64,000 bases of DNA from Phycisphaerales bacterium. Its GTDB lineage: Bacteria; Planctomycetota; Phycisphaerae; WQYP01. Positions 48,605 through 59,752 of this stretch are shown here, in pieces (positions within the stretch are counted from its first letter, which is position 1; each line of letters opens with the position of its first letter). The notes beneath the pieces were generated by a model. The model searched no databases. It saw only the letters and a program-made list of their open reading frames with translations, and was not told the DNA's origin. Location: the NCBI GenBank assembly GCA_027451365.1, contig DAIDJN010000058.1:64001-128000 (forward strand), read 5' to 3'. The position numbers and the translations under genes are program-made.

Positions 48605-49081
48605 CGTGTTCGTCCTGATAATTAAGACAATTCTCTGTTTGTGAGAATCAAGATTGGTTTTGATTTATTTTACCGCGTTGATTTCCGAAAAGGCGCTGCT
48701 TACGCATTCATTCGTCAGTTCTACACCGATCTTCATTTTCATCTGCTTGGGCCTTTCCGAAGGAGACCTCGTTGTTTGCATGCGATATGGCAGAAAAACA
48801 ACCAGGGGACGCCAATGTCGCCGCCGCCCAGCGAATTCTTGATACCGAACATTACCATAACAGGATAATCTGGTTTAAACAAGATTGGTAAAAATAAATG
48901 CTTGACGACCCAGTCGATTTAACGGCTTTACGATTCAGTCCTTGGCGTGATGAATGACTCTCGCAAGTTGGTAATTTCATTTCGCGCTGCGCCATTGATG
49001 GTTTCCGAAAGGACGAAAAGCTTAACCCCGGCGGGCTGTTTTACCTGTCGCCCGGAATACTGTAAAATAGCGCAACCCACA

Positions 49082-49154
49082 GGGGACGTAGCTCAATTGG
49101 GAGAGCACTGCCTTTGCAAGGCAGGGGTTGCCGGTTCGATCCCGGTCGTCTCCA
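49082..49154 (+). tRNA. tRNA-Ala (UGC), CCA not encoded
   Basis: GGGGACG/CGTCTCC stem with G3:U70, anticodon arm CTGCC-TTTGCAA-GGCAG, T-loop GGTTCGATCC. Confidence 0.97.
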
Positions 49155-49362
49155 GTTCGTTGGAAATAAGCGAGTTTTACCAGGTACCGCAGCCGCACTT
49201 GCCGAGGGCGCGGCGTTGATGCGGGCGAAAGACCCTTGATTTGCAACGAGTTTCCGATTGGTGAGCAGGGGGGCGATCCTGAAGAATCGACCAAGCCTGT
49301 TGTTCTAAAGTTTTTGTAGCATGATTTCAGAACAAGGGTGCAAAAATTGCTACAATAGCATT

Positions 49363-49941
49363 ATGGTTAGGAAAGAGCCGCCCATTATAGCTTTTCCCTC
49401 GGCTAAAAGCTGGGAGGAATGGCTGGCTAAAAATCACAATCTTTCGTCCGGCATATGGCTGCGGTTCTTCAAAAAAACTTCCGGAGTTACTTCTGTTTCC
49501 TACGGCGAGGCTTTAGACGCAGCGCTCTGCTATGGCTGGATCGATGGCCAGATCAAGAAATACGATGAAAAGTCCTGGTTGCATAAATTTACGCCTCGCC
49601 GCCCACGAAGCTTGTGGTCGAATCGCAATAGAGAACACGTGGAGCGGCTTATTGCATCGGGCAAGATGCAAACCGCCGGGCTAAGGAAGATCAACGAGGC
49701 CAAAGAAGATGGCCGCTGGGAAGCCGCCTATGACTCCCCCAGCAAAATGACTGTTCCACAGGACTTTTTAGAGGAACTCGGCAAAAACAAGCAGGCCAAG
49801 GCGTTCTTTGCTACGCTCAACAAGGCAAATGTGTACGCGATTGCCTGGCGGTTACAAACTGCAAAAAAGCCAGAAACGCGCCAGAGGCGTCTGAAAATGA
49901 TGCTTGAAATGTTGGCAAAAGGAGAAAAGCTTCATGGTTAA
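49363..49941 (+). CDS. YdeI/OmpD-associated family protein
   Basis: WEEWLAKNH, ALCYGWIDG, FTPRRPRSLWS..N and AKKPETRQRR. Confidence 0.88.
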   Translation: MVRKEPPIIAFPSAKSWEEWLAKNHNLSSGIWLRFFKKTSGVTSVSYGEALDAALCYGWIDGQIKKYDEKSWLHKFTPRRPRSLWSNRNREHVERLIASGKMQTAGLRKINEAKEDGRWEAAYDSPSKMTVPQDFLEELGKNKQAKAFFATLNKANVYAIAWRLQTAKKPETRQRRLKMMLEMLAKGEKLHG

Positions 49942-50769
49942 ATACGTCACCTTTCTAAGGGGTAACTGTTTTGTCAGCATATCTGGGGATATTTCAGCTT
50001 TTCCGCCCTCACCGCACCCTCGGACGGCGTGAGCCGAATGCCTCTACCCGGTGAGGGAGAGAGGGACGCTTTCGGACAAGGCTCAGCGCTCGAAAAACGA
50101 ATAAAACCTTTGCAGCACAAGGGTAAAATGGGAATGCTACACTTCCCCCCGGGGGGGAAGGGTGAGGGGAAGGCCGTCACCGGCTATTCCCAAGACGGAT
50201 TGTCCTTGAAAAAGTTCTTGAGAGCCGGCAACGGAGCGTCACTGGTTTGAATCTCAAGGTCTCCGCTCCATTTTAAAGTCAGCGTTTTCGCGCCCGCAAG
50301 TCGCAATCCGCATCGGTTCGATATGTCATAAGCCCGTTCGCCAGAATATTAACTGCGGCTTGATTAATGCTTTTGTTATGTGATCGCGCATAGTGGCGCA
50401 AGGCCTGATCAGTCCGCGCCGCTACGCCGCGAATGGTGTATTGTTTGCGGCCGTAAAAGGGCGTCCTTTTCCTGCCTGCATAAAAGCAAAATGTGCCCGC
50501 ATCGAAATGGGCGGGTAAACGTCATCAGGGTTGCAGGTAACTGACTTGCGGTGCTGCCTTTAAATCGCAATCGGTCATGTTTTTGCACACAATTGCTTTT
50601 GTCTCCACCATTGTCATAATATTGTTTATTATAGGTCGTGTATCATGGTGGCTACGCAGGGGAGTCAGGGGCGGGAAAAAGGTGGATAGAGTTTGACCGG
50701 TAACAAGCAGGGCGCTGCACAATCACGCCCGGATTGGTAAAGCGAGGGCCGCGAAGCAAGGATGCGGTT

Positions 50770-53700
50770 ATGAATTCAGATTCCGCTGATTTGTCACACT
50801 TGGCCGCCGCGGCCCGCGGCGCGGATGACCGCAAAATTCTGGATTTATGCGAGCTGCTTCTTTCCGCTGAAAATGAAACAGAAATGCTCCGCGGTCTGAT
50901 GCATATTCTGATAGAATCCTGGGGAGCGCAGATCGCCTGGGTTGGCCGTCCAGATGCTCACGGTAATTTGTATCCGGACGAATGCGCGGGTCCCGGTGCC
51001 GCAGAATATATGCGGTTGGCGAAGATTCGCGTCGTGGGCGATTCAGTACCCCAAGGCCCCGCCGCCCGCTGCTGGGAATCCAAAACGACAGTCATCGTGG
51101 CCGACTGGCTGCTTGAACCGGTGATGGAACCATGGCAAAAGCTCGGATTCGGATGGCGGTGTTCTGTTTCGGTTCCGCTGGTGGGCCTCCGGGGCATGGA
51201 GGGTGTCTTATCGCTTTACAGCCGCACGCCGGATTTTTTTTCCGGCATGCAGGATATGCTGGCCGCGCTGGGCCGGCTTTTGGGCAAAGCCCTCGAACAG
51301 ATCCGCACCCGTCAAGTGCGTACCGCTTACGAAAGTCTGCTTGACGCGCTGACACTGGCGCAGCAGGAAACAAATTCCGGCGCGGATGAAGAACAGATTG
51401 CCCGAACCTTCGCGGGGCGTTTTTTTTCGGTCGATTATTTTTCCGTTATTGATGTCGTGCGGGCCGAATCCGACGACGGCTTTCAGATTGTCGCCATCCA
51501 TTCCGTGCGGCCGGAATTGTCCGACCCGTTTGCCGGTCGCATTATTTCACAGCCCGCCGGTGATCGGCCTCCATTTCTGAATCGGGTGGTTTCATCTGGT
51601 CAGGCTGTTTTCAGTAATGATTATCTAAGCGAGCCGCATCTTGCCGCCCCGGAATTTTCCGCTTGGCGCACGCTGGCCGCGGAGTTGGGTGTTTGTCAGT
51701 TTGCGGCTATTCCCGTGCGGGTGGATGGTCAGATATGGGGCGCACTGTGTCTGGGAGCCAGCCGCGGACGTGTGGCATTTTCCTCCATGGTTGAATTATT
51801 CAACCGGCTGGGCGATGTACTGGGTGTGAAAATTGAGAAGCGCCGCCATGAAATGCGGCTGGAGGAAAGTCTTAAACGATTGCGCTTAACCGAACGGGTC
51901 TTTGAATCCGCTCAGGAAGGGATTCTGATTACTGATGCGGACGAACGGATTGTATACGCCAACGCGGCGCTGCTGCGTACTACCGGATATGCCGCCGAGG
52001 AACTTATTGGCCAGACTCCTCGTCTGTTCAGGTCTGGCCGGCATGACCGGCATTTTTATCAGAATATGTGGGCGGCGGTTCACCACTCCGGTCGCTGGCA
52101 AGGAGAAATGTGGAATCGGCGTAAAAATGGCGACCTGTTTCCGGTCATCATCAGCATAAGTTCCATCACGGACGAGGCCGGTCGAATCCGCCATTATGTC
52201 GGTGTGTCGACGGATATAACGGAACTCAAGGCCAAGGAATCGCACCTGCAGCAACTTGCGGCCAGCGATTTTTTGACCGGCCTTCCCAATCGATATGCGC
52301 TGGAACAACACCTGCAAACCGCTCTGCCCCGCGCAGCTCGCCACAAACGGGACATGGCGCTGGCAATTCTGGATCTGGACCTGTTCAAGCCCGTCAACGA
52401 TACCCATGGTCATTCCGCCGGCGACCAGATTCTGCGTGAGTTGGCCAGCCGGTTAAAAGTCTGCCTGCGCGATTCGGATTTTCTGGCGCGCCTGGGCGGC
52501 GACGAATTCGTGATGGTGCTTGAAGAGATCAGCGATCGTGGTGACCTGGACATCGTTCTGAACAGGATTCGCGAGGCCGTGGAAACACCTTTTTCCGTGG
52601 ATCAGGCCAAGGTGCAGATCAAGGCCAGTATAGGGGTGGCGCTTTATGCCGCAGGATCGCCAAGAAACAGCGATCTTCTGCGCGACGCGGATATGGCGCT
52701 TTACGCCGTCAAGCAGGATCGCCGCCGCACCGGCACGTTTTACGCGGTTTACGATTCTGCGGTGAATTCGCCCGTGACTGGCACTCGCAGCGGCGACGAT
52801 TTTTTTCCAAAGCTGATCTCTTCAGGTCTGCTGGTTTTTTATCAGCCGGTGCTCAATGTGCCTTCCGGAGAAATTCGCGAGGTTGAAGCGCTGGCAAGGT
52901 TGCGATCAGGCGACGATATCTACGCGCCGGGGCAGTTTTTGCCGCGGCTTTCACCGGCGGATATCAGGAGACTGAGTCTGGCGGTTCTGACCGAATCGCT
53001 GGCGCAGCTTCGCCAATGGGATCAGCTTGGTTATTCCGTGCGCGTCGCGGTGAATTTTGAATCCATGGATTTGCTCGACCCGGTTATGCCTGCGAATCTG
53101 CAGCGGATAATTCAGCAAAACGGCATTGCGCCGGAGCGCATTACTTTGGAAATACTTGAGGGCGGCGAAATTCTTTCCCATCGCGGAGCCAAGCAGGCAT
53201 TGGAACGGCTCAAGTCTCTTGGTGTGCAGATCGCTCTGGATGACCTGGGCAGTGCCTATGCCAGCCTGCTGCGTGTGCGCGAATTGCCGGTGGATGTCAT
53301 AAAGCTGGACCATATTTTCTGTGTCGGCCTGCAACGCCGCCCGAAGGATTTGCAGTTTCTTATGAGTGTGCTGGACCTTGCCCGGGGCTTAAAAGTCGAA
53401 TGCGTAATTGAAGGGGTTGAGAACAAGGATGTGTTCGCAGCCGTTCGCACGCTGGGTGCCCGTCGAGTTCAGGGATACGCCATCGCCCGGCCCGCGATGG
53501 CGGACAATATGCTGGAACTGATTAAATCTTCACCGCTGAAACTTGAACCGCCTGATGGTCCGCTGGCGGCCTATGCCGGACATTTAATCTGGTACCGGTC
53601 GGTCGTGGAAATCCTTTTGCGTACGCCAAGCATTTTTTCACCGATTACCGTCGGAGATATTTCGCTTTGTCCGCTGACGCGGCAGTTGGAACCATTTCCG

Positions 53701-53874
53701 GAGCTTGATTCCCTGCACAGGCTGTTGCACACCCAGATCGCGGAAATCGCCGCCGGGGCGATTCCGGTACGTGATGGCTTGCGACAGCTGCGCGATACCA
53801 GTCAGTCCCTTCGCGCGGGAATCGAAAAATTCATTGTAGACCCCGCCGCCTCCGATGTTGCGCGCCGCGCGTAG
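50770..53874 (+). CDS. GAF-GAF-PAS-GGDEF-EAL protein with CZB-like C-terminus
   Basis: PAS (GYAAEELIGQTP, WQGEMWNRRKNG), RDSD I-site, GGDEF, EALAR, DDLGSAYASL; C-terminal H..W...C....H...H. Confidence 0.9.
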   Translation: MNSDSADLSHLAAAARGADDRKILDLCELLLSAENETEMLRGLMHILIESWGAQIAWVGRPDAHGNLYPDECAGPGAAEYMRLAKIRVVGDSVPQGPAARCWESKTTVIVADWLLEPVMEPWQKLGFGWRCSVSVPLVGLRGMEGVLSLYSRTPDFFSGMQDMLAALGRLLGKALEQIRTRQVRTAYESLLDALTLAQQETNSGADEEQIARTFAGRFFSVDYFSVIDVVRAESDDGFQIVAIHSVRPELSDPFAGRIISQPAGDRPPFLNRVVSSGQAVFSNDYLSEPHLAAPEFSAWRTLAAELGVCQFAAIPVRVDGQIWGALCLGASRGRVAFSSMVELFNRLGDVLGVKIEKRRHEMRLEESLKRLRLTERVFESAQEGILITDADERIVYANAALLRTTGYAAEELIGQTPRLFRSGRHDRHFYQNMWAAVHHSGRWQGEMWNRRKNGDLFPVIISISSITDEAGRIRHYVGVSTDITELKAKESHLQQLAASDFLTGLPNRYALEQHLQTALPRAARHKRDMALAILDLDLFKPVNDTHGHSAGDQILRELASRLKVCLRDSDFLARLGGDEFVMVLEEISDRGDLDIVLNRIREAVETPFSVDQAKVQIKASIGVALYAAGSPRNSDLLRDADMALYAVKQDRRRTGTFYAVYDSAVNSPVTGTRSGDDFFPKLISSGLLVFYQPVLNVPSGEIREVEALARLRSGDDIYAPGQFLPRLSPADIRRLSLAVLTESLAQLRQWDQLGYSVRVAVNFESMDLLDPVMPANLQRIIQQNGIAPERITLEILEGGEILSHRGAKQALERLKSLGVQIALDDLGSAYASLLRVRELPVDVIKLDHIFCVGLQRRPKDLQFLMSVLDLARGLKVECVIEGVENKDVFAAVRTLGARRVQGYAIARPAMADNMLELIKSSPLKLEPPDGPLAAYAGHLIWYRSVVEILLRTPSIFSPITVGDISLCPLTRQLEPFPELDSLHRLLHTQIAEIAAGAIPVRDGLRQLRDTSQSLRAGIEKFIVDPAASDVARRA

Positions 53875-54187
53875 GCAGTCCGACCATGCTCCGCAGGCAA
53901 ACTGGCGGTTCACCGTGCGCCCAGTTTACTTGTCCTGGCGAACGTCGATTGGCTATCGCCGGGGAAGTTGGGAAATGGCTGGGTGTCGCTTGTAATGTAT
54001 TCGGGGGGAATATTCCGCACCCGGCGCTTTTCCGATAATCGCGGGAAAAAAATTAAGACCGCATTGATATTTACCGGCGGATGACGGTATTCTATTGCGT
54101 TCCAAATGTGTGTCGGATGTGGAAAATTGCCAATGCGAACTCCGCAGCGGGTGGCGTCCACAGAATGATGTTTCCGGAGCCGTTAAA

Positions 54188-57043
54188 ATGGTGCAGGTTT
54201 TCAAGCGCTACAGTCTGATGCTGGTCATGGTTGTTTTGTCGGTTGGTCTGACGGGTCAATTGTCCGCCGCCCCGCGCGACAAAACACTTCTTTCAGGCCC
54301 GTGGATGCTGCAAAAAGCTACTCTGACGCAACTGCAACACGCCGTTCCGATTACGCACTGGCAATGGCGGTATTCATCGCTGGGGACCGGTGAACCGCCG
54401 GCGCATTGGACTGCGAAGGCTGCCCGTGGAACGCTGCCATGGGTGGCAAATTACGCCATTGGCAAACAGGATCTTTTTCATGGCAAGCAGGGATATGCCT
54501 GGTTCAAAGCCACGTTGCCCCAACTGCCCGCCGGTCTGCATATGTTGGAATTTCAAGGTGTTTCAACGCGCGCAACGGTCTATCTGAACGGTACCATGCT
54601 GACCGACCATCGGGGCGGGGCGTTCTGGTTTCAGGTGCCACTGAACAGCGCCTGGAACAGCCACGGGACCAACACGCTGCGCATTCTGGTACACATGACC
54701 CATCCGGGTGACAAACAGGCCACGCTCAAACCCGTCGTCCTAGGCAACGCCGCCATTGCGGATTTTCCACCGGCGGCCTTCGCGGCGGTCGGTGCCGGGG
54801 GCAGTGCCCATTGGCAATCTGTTCTGGTCCCCAACGATTTTGTCGTAAACGGAAAATTCAACCGCCGCGCCAACGGCTCGCACGGCTACCTGCCTGTTTA
54901 CCCCGTCTGGTACAAACGCACGTTTACGGTTCCCGTATCAGACAAGAACCGTTCATTGGAATTGTATTTTGGTGGAGTGCTTAGCGATGCTGTGGTCTAT
55001 GTAAACGGTATTCAGGTGGGGGAGCATGCTGATGGCTATTCGCCGTTCCAATGCGATATCGCTTCCGCCGTGCATTTCGGCGCGGCCAATTCGCTGGTTG
55101 TTTATGTTGACCCACGCGCCACCGAAGGTTGGTGGTATGAAGGCGGCGGCATTTACCGCAATGTATGGCTGATGGCCAAACACCGCCTGCATATTGCCCA
55201 TTGGGGTGCATTTGTAATGGCCACTGTTCCGGGCAGGATTCGCTATGGCGGCAACGGCGATCGTGCCGATGCCGGACTGGTGATTCAAACCACACTGGTC
55301 AATCAGCACAAACAGCCGCGGTCAGTTGACCTTGTTTCAACAATAATCGCGCCAACCGGAAAAGTCGTCGCCACGGTTCGCACCCCGGAAACCATCGCTG
55401 GATTGTCCAGAGCGACGTTTAATCAGACCGCGACCGTGTATCGCGCCAAATTGTGGTCGCTGCATCATTGCAACCTGTATTCTCTGCATACCAGCCTAAA
55501 GGCAGGTGCCCATCTTGCGGATGCCAAAACCACGTCGTTTGGCATACGCACCATTCGCTACAGCGCCAGAAGCGGCTTTTATCTGAACGGTCGCCATGTG
55601 GAATTGGATGGCACCTGCAACCATCAGGATTTTCCCGCGGTGGGTGTAGGTGCTCCTGCGGATTTGTGGTGGTGGCGTGTGGCCCGCCTGAAGGCGATTG
55701 GTTCCAATGCCTACCGCTGTTCGCATAATGCCATGAACACCGCGCTTTACAAGGCTTGCGATCATCTGGGTATGCTGGTCATGGATGAAAACCGTGAAAT
55801 CGGCGATACCCGTGAAGGTGGAGACTATCGGAGTGCAAAATCATACGTGGGGGTGCCGTACGGCCAGAACCGGAATCTGCAGACTCTGATCCTCCGCGAC
55901 CGCAACCATCCATCGGTGATCATGTGGTCGTTGGCCAATGAGGAAATGTATATTCAGGCAACTCCCTTCGGGGCAAAACTGTTTCGGCACATGATGAAAA
56001 TTGTACGGAAACTTGACCCCACGCGCCCGATTACAAGTGCCATGAATGGCGGTTATCCCAAGGGCTTTGCCACTGTGGAAGATTTACTGGGCATTAATTA
56101 TGCTCCGGGCAATTACATAAAAATGCATCGGCAGTTTCCGCATTTTCCGATCTTCGGCAGCGAAGTTGGAAGTTCGGAATCTGACCGTGGCGTTATGAAA
56201 AATAACGCCAAAGCCGGCCTGGTTGGCCAGTACACCATGCACAGCCCATGGTCGCAGGTGCCGTGGAATACCTGGCCCCTGATAGGAACCCAGCCCTTTG
56301 TGGCCGGTGGTTTTGTCTGGACTGGTTTTGATTATCGCGGCGAACCGACGCCATACCAGTGGCCGGATACCAATTCTCATTTTGGCCTGCTGGATATTTG
56401 CGGCTTTCCCAAGCCAGACGCCTATTATTATAAGGCCTGCTGGACCCGCAAGCCGATGGTGTATATTCAGCCGCAATGGGATTTTCCGGACAAGCCGGTC
56501 GGCACACCCGTTACCGTGCGCTGTTTTTCCAACTGTTCGCGGGTGGAACTGTTCGTCAACGGCAAAAGCCTGGGCGCTAAAGATATGCCAAAGTTTAAAT
56601 ATGTTGATTGGAATGTGCCATGGCATCCTGGTCGCCTGACGGTAAAAGGGTATTCCGGAACCGCTGTTGTGGCAACCTTTCACGTGCAAACGCCGGGTGC
56701 TCCAGCCCGTATCAAATTGTTCAACGAATGGCCGCACATATTGGCCGACGGTCTGAGCATCGCGCCCATCGGCGTGGAAGTAATGGATGCCCACGGCCAT
56801 GTGGTGGATAGTTCCGCAGATCGCATAACGTTTGCCGTCAGTGGGCCGGCCGACATTGCGGGTACCTCCAACGGCGACCCCGCAAGCCAGATACCCAATG
56901 CGGCCGATTACAGCAACGCCTTTTACGGCAAGTGCATGGTGCTCGTGCGGGCAACAAACACCGCCGGAAGTGTGACGGTCACGGCCCGCAGTCCGGGGCT
57001 GCCCGCCGCGACACTGGAATTTCAAACACAGCCGGTCAAATAG
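54188..57043 (+). CDS. Secreted glycoside hydrolase family 2 (beta-galactosidase-like)
   Basis: Signal peptide; WWYEGGGIYRNV, RCSHN, RDRNHPSVIMWSLANE (acid/base), GSE (nucleophile), WTGFDYRGEP and FGLLD.CGFPK. Confidence 0.92.
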   Translation: MVQVFKRYSLMLVMVVLSVGLTGQLSAAPRDKTLLSGPWMLQKATLTQLQHAVPITHWQWRYSSLGTGEPPAHWTAKAARGTLPWVANYAIGKQDLFHGKQGYAWFKATLPQLPAGLHMLEFQGVSTRATVYLNGTMLTDHRGGAFWFQVPLNSAWNSHGTNTLRILVHMTHPGDKQATLKPVVLGNAAIADFPPAAFAAVGAGGSAHWQSVLVPNDFVVNGKFNRRANGSHGYLPVYPVWYKRTFTVPVSDKNRSLELYFGGVLSDAVVYVNGIQVGEHADGYSPFQCDIASAVHFGAANSLVVYVDPRATEGWWYEGGGIYRNVWLMAKHRLHIAHWGAFVMATVPGRIRYGGNGDRADAGLVIQTTLVNQHKQPRSVDLVSTIIAPTGKVVATVRTPETIAGLSRATFNQTATVYRAKLWSLHHCNLYSLHTSLKAGAHLADAKTTSFGIRTIRYSARSGFYLNGRHVELDGTCNHQDFPAVGVGAPADLWWWRVARLKAIGSNAYRCSHNAMNTALYKACDHLGMLVMDENREIGDTREGGDYRSAKSYVGVPYGQNRNLQTLILRDRNHPSVIMWSLANEEMYIQATPFGAKLFRHMMKIVRKLDPTRPITSAMNGGYPKGFATVEDLLGINYAPGNYIKMHRQFPHFPIFGSEVGSSESDRGVMKNNAKAGLVGQYTMHSPWSQVPWNTWPLIGTQPFVAGGFVWTGFDYRGEPTPYQWPDTNSHFGLLDICGFPKPDAYYYKACWTRKPMVYIQPQWDFPDKPVGTPVTVRCFSNCSRVELFVNGKSLGAKDMPKFKYVDWNVPWHPGRLTVKGYSGTAVVATFHVQTPGAPARIKLFNEWPHILADGLSIAPIGVEVMDAHGHVVDSSADRITFAVSGPADIAGTSNGDPASQIPNAADYSNAFYGKCMVLVRATNTAGSVTVTARSPGLPAATLEFQTQPVK

Positions 57044-57316
57044 CGGCGGCGGTAAGCCTTTGCACAATTGGCCGTTTATCAGTTGATCGCCAATACATTG
57101 GCGGAATAAATGGTGCCTACGCTGTCGAAAATCAGTGCAACCGGCTTCCACCGTAACTACGGGGACTGCAACCGCAAATTCGGCTGCCACGGCTTGGACC
57201 GCGGTGTAACCACAGTGGCTTGGGCCGCGTTATAAGATTGTCGCGTTTGCTGCGGGCAGAATTGGCGGCAACTTTTCGAATTATGTTTTCCAATGATTCG
57301 AGAATGGAGGTCACCC

Positions 57317-57598
57317 ATGGTGCGGCGGGCATTGGTGTGGATCGCGTTTTTCAGTCGACTTTGGCGAATTTCCGCGTTTATTCTGGGTATCGGGCTTATG
57401 GGGGCTGCTGGATGCACTTCGTCGCCATGGTATCAGAATAACAATCAATGTGGACCGGCTTATTACCATCGTGACCGAGACGACGGCGATGATGACCGCG
57501 ACGACGAAGACGATGATCGCAGTTCCGTCTACGACCGCGATGACTATTTCCATTATGCGACGCCCGGCCGTCCTGTTTCTTCGGGTTACGGATATTAG
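57317..57598 (+). CDS. Small putative lipoprotein with Asp/Arg-rich tail
   Basis: GGAGG SD, hydrophobic signal ending AAGC, mature part RDRDDGDDDRDDEDDDR. Confidence 0.6.
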   Translation: MVRRALVWIAFFSRLWRISAFILGIGLMGAAGCTSSPWYQNNNQCGPAYYHRDRDDGDDDRDDEDDDRSSVYDRDDYFHYATPGRPVSSGYGY

Positions 57599-57762
57599 GG
57601 CCAACTCCACAACTCTGTATGTAACCCCGGATTCCTGGAAAGAAAGAAATAAAGTGGAAACTGCCAATTCCCTGGCTACAATCAATTGGGGCCGCAAATA
57701 TTGTAACCGGTGTTTCAATCAGGGGCGGTATTTTTCCCATGGCGTCGTAAGTGGAGAATATT

Positions 57763-57972
57763 ATGGCCAGGAATGCAATTCGTTATTTTATCACCGGGTG
57801 CCGGGTGTGGTACCTTGCCGTATTTGTTCTCGCCCCTCTGTTGATCGGGACGGGTGGATGCGTCTGGCATGGGTGGGGCCGTGGTGACGACCGTGGACAC
57901 GACCAGTATTACCAGCGCGACGACGACCACCAGGACGACCACCATGATGGCGATCAATATGAGCACCATTGA
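57763..57972 (+). CDS. Small putative lipoprotein with Asp/His-rich tail
   Basis: GGAG SD, signal ending TGGC, mature part ...QRDDDHQDDHHDGDQYEHH. Confidence 0.6.
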   Translation: MARNAIRYFITGCRVWYLAVFVLAPLLIGTGGCVWHGWGRGDDRGHDQYYQRDDDHQDDHHDGDQYEHH

Positions 57973-58117
57973 TCGGGCATCCGATCGGGCGTCACGGCGA
58001 CTATTCCACGAACAATTCCGTGACGTTCACCGCAGATTCCCTGTCCGCAAGGGCTTGGGCCGTCGGCGAACTTGTCGGCCAGCCTTTTCGTCGGTGGCTC
58101 TTTATTAAATGTGAAGC

Positions 58118-59752
58118 TCAGGCGATGGACTGTTTTGCCGAAGCGGGCAGCAATGACTTTCCAGTCATTTCCGACGGCTGAGGCAGACCCATCATCATCA
58201 GCATAGTCGGGGCGACATCTGCCAAACAGCCGCCTGAACGAAGTTTCACTCCGCGATAGCGGTCGTCGACGACAATCAGCGGAACATCAAATGTGGTATG
58301 GCTGGTGTGCGGACAATTGTTAATCGGGTCCCACATCTGCTCGCAATTGCCGTGGTCGGCGGTGACAATCAATGCGCCGCCCATCTTTTTCACCTTGTCT
58401 ACCAGCTTTCCTACGCAGGCATCCACGGTTTCCACGGCCTTAATGGCGGCCTGTAAATTGCCGGTGTGGCCTACCATGTCGCCATTGGCAAAGTTCACCA
58501 CATACAGATCGTTTTCACCGGAATTCAGGTTTTCAAGTACAATATCCGTCACTTCGGCAGCGCTCATTTCCGGCTGCTGGTCATAGGTTGAAACTTTCGG
58601 ACTTGGTGCCATTTGGCGGCTTTCCCGCGGGAAAGGCGACTCGCGATAGTCATTGAAAAAGAACGTGACATGCGGAAATTTCTCCGTTTCCGCCGATCGG
58701 AACTGCTTCAGGCCAAGCTCGGCCATATACATGCCCAGAATGTCGTGCATTTTTTCCGGCTTGGGAAAGACCACCTCCACGGGAAGGCCCTCCTCATAGG
58801 CGGTCATGGTAACAAACAGCAGGTCTTTCGGTCGCGATGACCGCCTGAAGCCGCCATTTTTCTCAGCGGAAAACCGGGCATCGTCATAGACGAATGCTTT
58901 AGTAATTTCGCGCGGCCGATCACCACGGTAATTAAAAAAGATAACCGAGTCATGGTCATGAATCGCCGCATCTACGCCGTTTGGAAGGTCAATCACACTG
59001 GGCACCACAAATTCATCACCCGCCCGTGAGGGTTCGGAAGCATGGGTGTAATAATCTTCCAGTGCGGCTTGCGCCGTCGGGAAATGTTTGCCTGCCCGCC
59101 GGGTCAGCAGGTTAAAGGCGTTTTCCACACGGTCCCAGCGGTTGTCGCGGTCCATCGCGTAGTACCGCCCGACCACACTGGCGATGCGGCCGATTCCCAG
59201 TTCCCTGGTTTTGGCCTCCAGGCTGGCTAAATATTTTCGTGCCCCCTGCGGCGCGGTATCGCGGCCATCGGTTATCGCGTGAATAAACACGCGGTCCGAT
59301 GGAAAATTGACTCGGTGGGCCAGTTCCAGAATCGCATAGGCGTGCTCAAGGTCTGAATGCACCCGGCCATCCGAACAAAGGCCCAGAATATGCACGCGAC
59401 TGTTCATATCCAGCGCCCGGCTGAACGCCTTGTTCAAAGCCGCGTTTTGAAAAAAACTACCCTCGCGAATGCGTCGCGTGATGCGCATCGTTTCCTGGTC
59501 CACAATGCGGCCGGCACCAATGTTCTGGTGCCCTACTTCGCTGTTGCCCATCACACCATCGGGCAACCCAACCCATTCGCCGCTGGTATGCACCAGCACA
59601 CTTGGATATTCGGCCATCAGGTGGTCATCCACCGGATGCCGGGCAATTTTAACGGCATTGTAAGCATCCATTTCTGAATGCGGATTGCAGCCCCAGCCAT
59701 CGCGGACAATAAGCATCATGGGGCGTTTGGCGGAATTTGGGGAGGAAGGCAT
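58118..59752 (-). CDS. gpmI: 2,3-bisphosphoglycerate-independent phosphoglycerate mutase
   Basis: DGWG, GNSEVGH, TDGRDT, GRYYAMDRDNRW, AETEK, DMVGHTG and ADHGN. Confidence 0.97.
   Translation of the reverse strand: MPSSPNSAKRPMMLIVRDGWGCNPHSEMDAYNAVKIARHPVDDHLMAEYPSVLVHTSGEWVGLPDGVMGNSEVGHQNIGAGRIVDQETMRITRRIREGSFFQNAALNKAFSRALDMNSRVHILGLCSDGRVHSDLEHAYAILELAHRVNFPSDRVFIHAITDGRDTAPQGARKYLASLEAKTRELGIGRIASVVGRYYAMDRDNRWDRVENAFNLLTRRAGKHFPTAQAALEDYYTHASEPSRAGDEFVVPSVIDLPNGVDAAIHDHDSVIFFNYRGDRPREITKAFVYDDARFSAEKNGGFRRSSRPKDLLFVTMTAYEEGLPVEVVFPKPEKMHDILGMYMAELGLKQFRSAETEKFPHVTFFFNDYRESPFPRESRQMAPSPKVSTYDQQPEMSAAEVTDIVLENLNSGENDLYVVNFANGDMVGHTGNLQAAIKAVETVDACVGKLVDKVKKMGGALIVTADHGNCEQMWDPINNCPHTSHTTFDVPLIVVDDRYRGVKLRSGGCLADVAPTMLMMMGLPQPSEMTGKSLLPASAKQSIA

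Noticed and set aside
49082..54000. Second integrated island at tRNA-Ala
   Set aside because: I found no duplicate of the tRNA-Ala 3' end and no integrase in the window.
57470..57970. CRISPR array or microsatellite (GAC/GAT repeats)
   Set aside because: No constant repeat-spacer structure; the repeats are Asp codons of small ORFs. No CRISPR array or cas gene was seen anywhere in the window.
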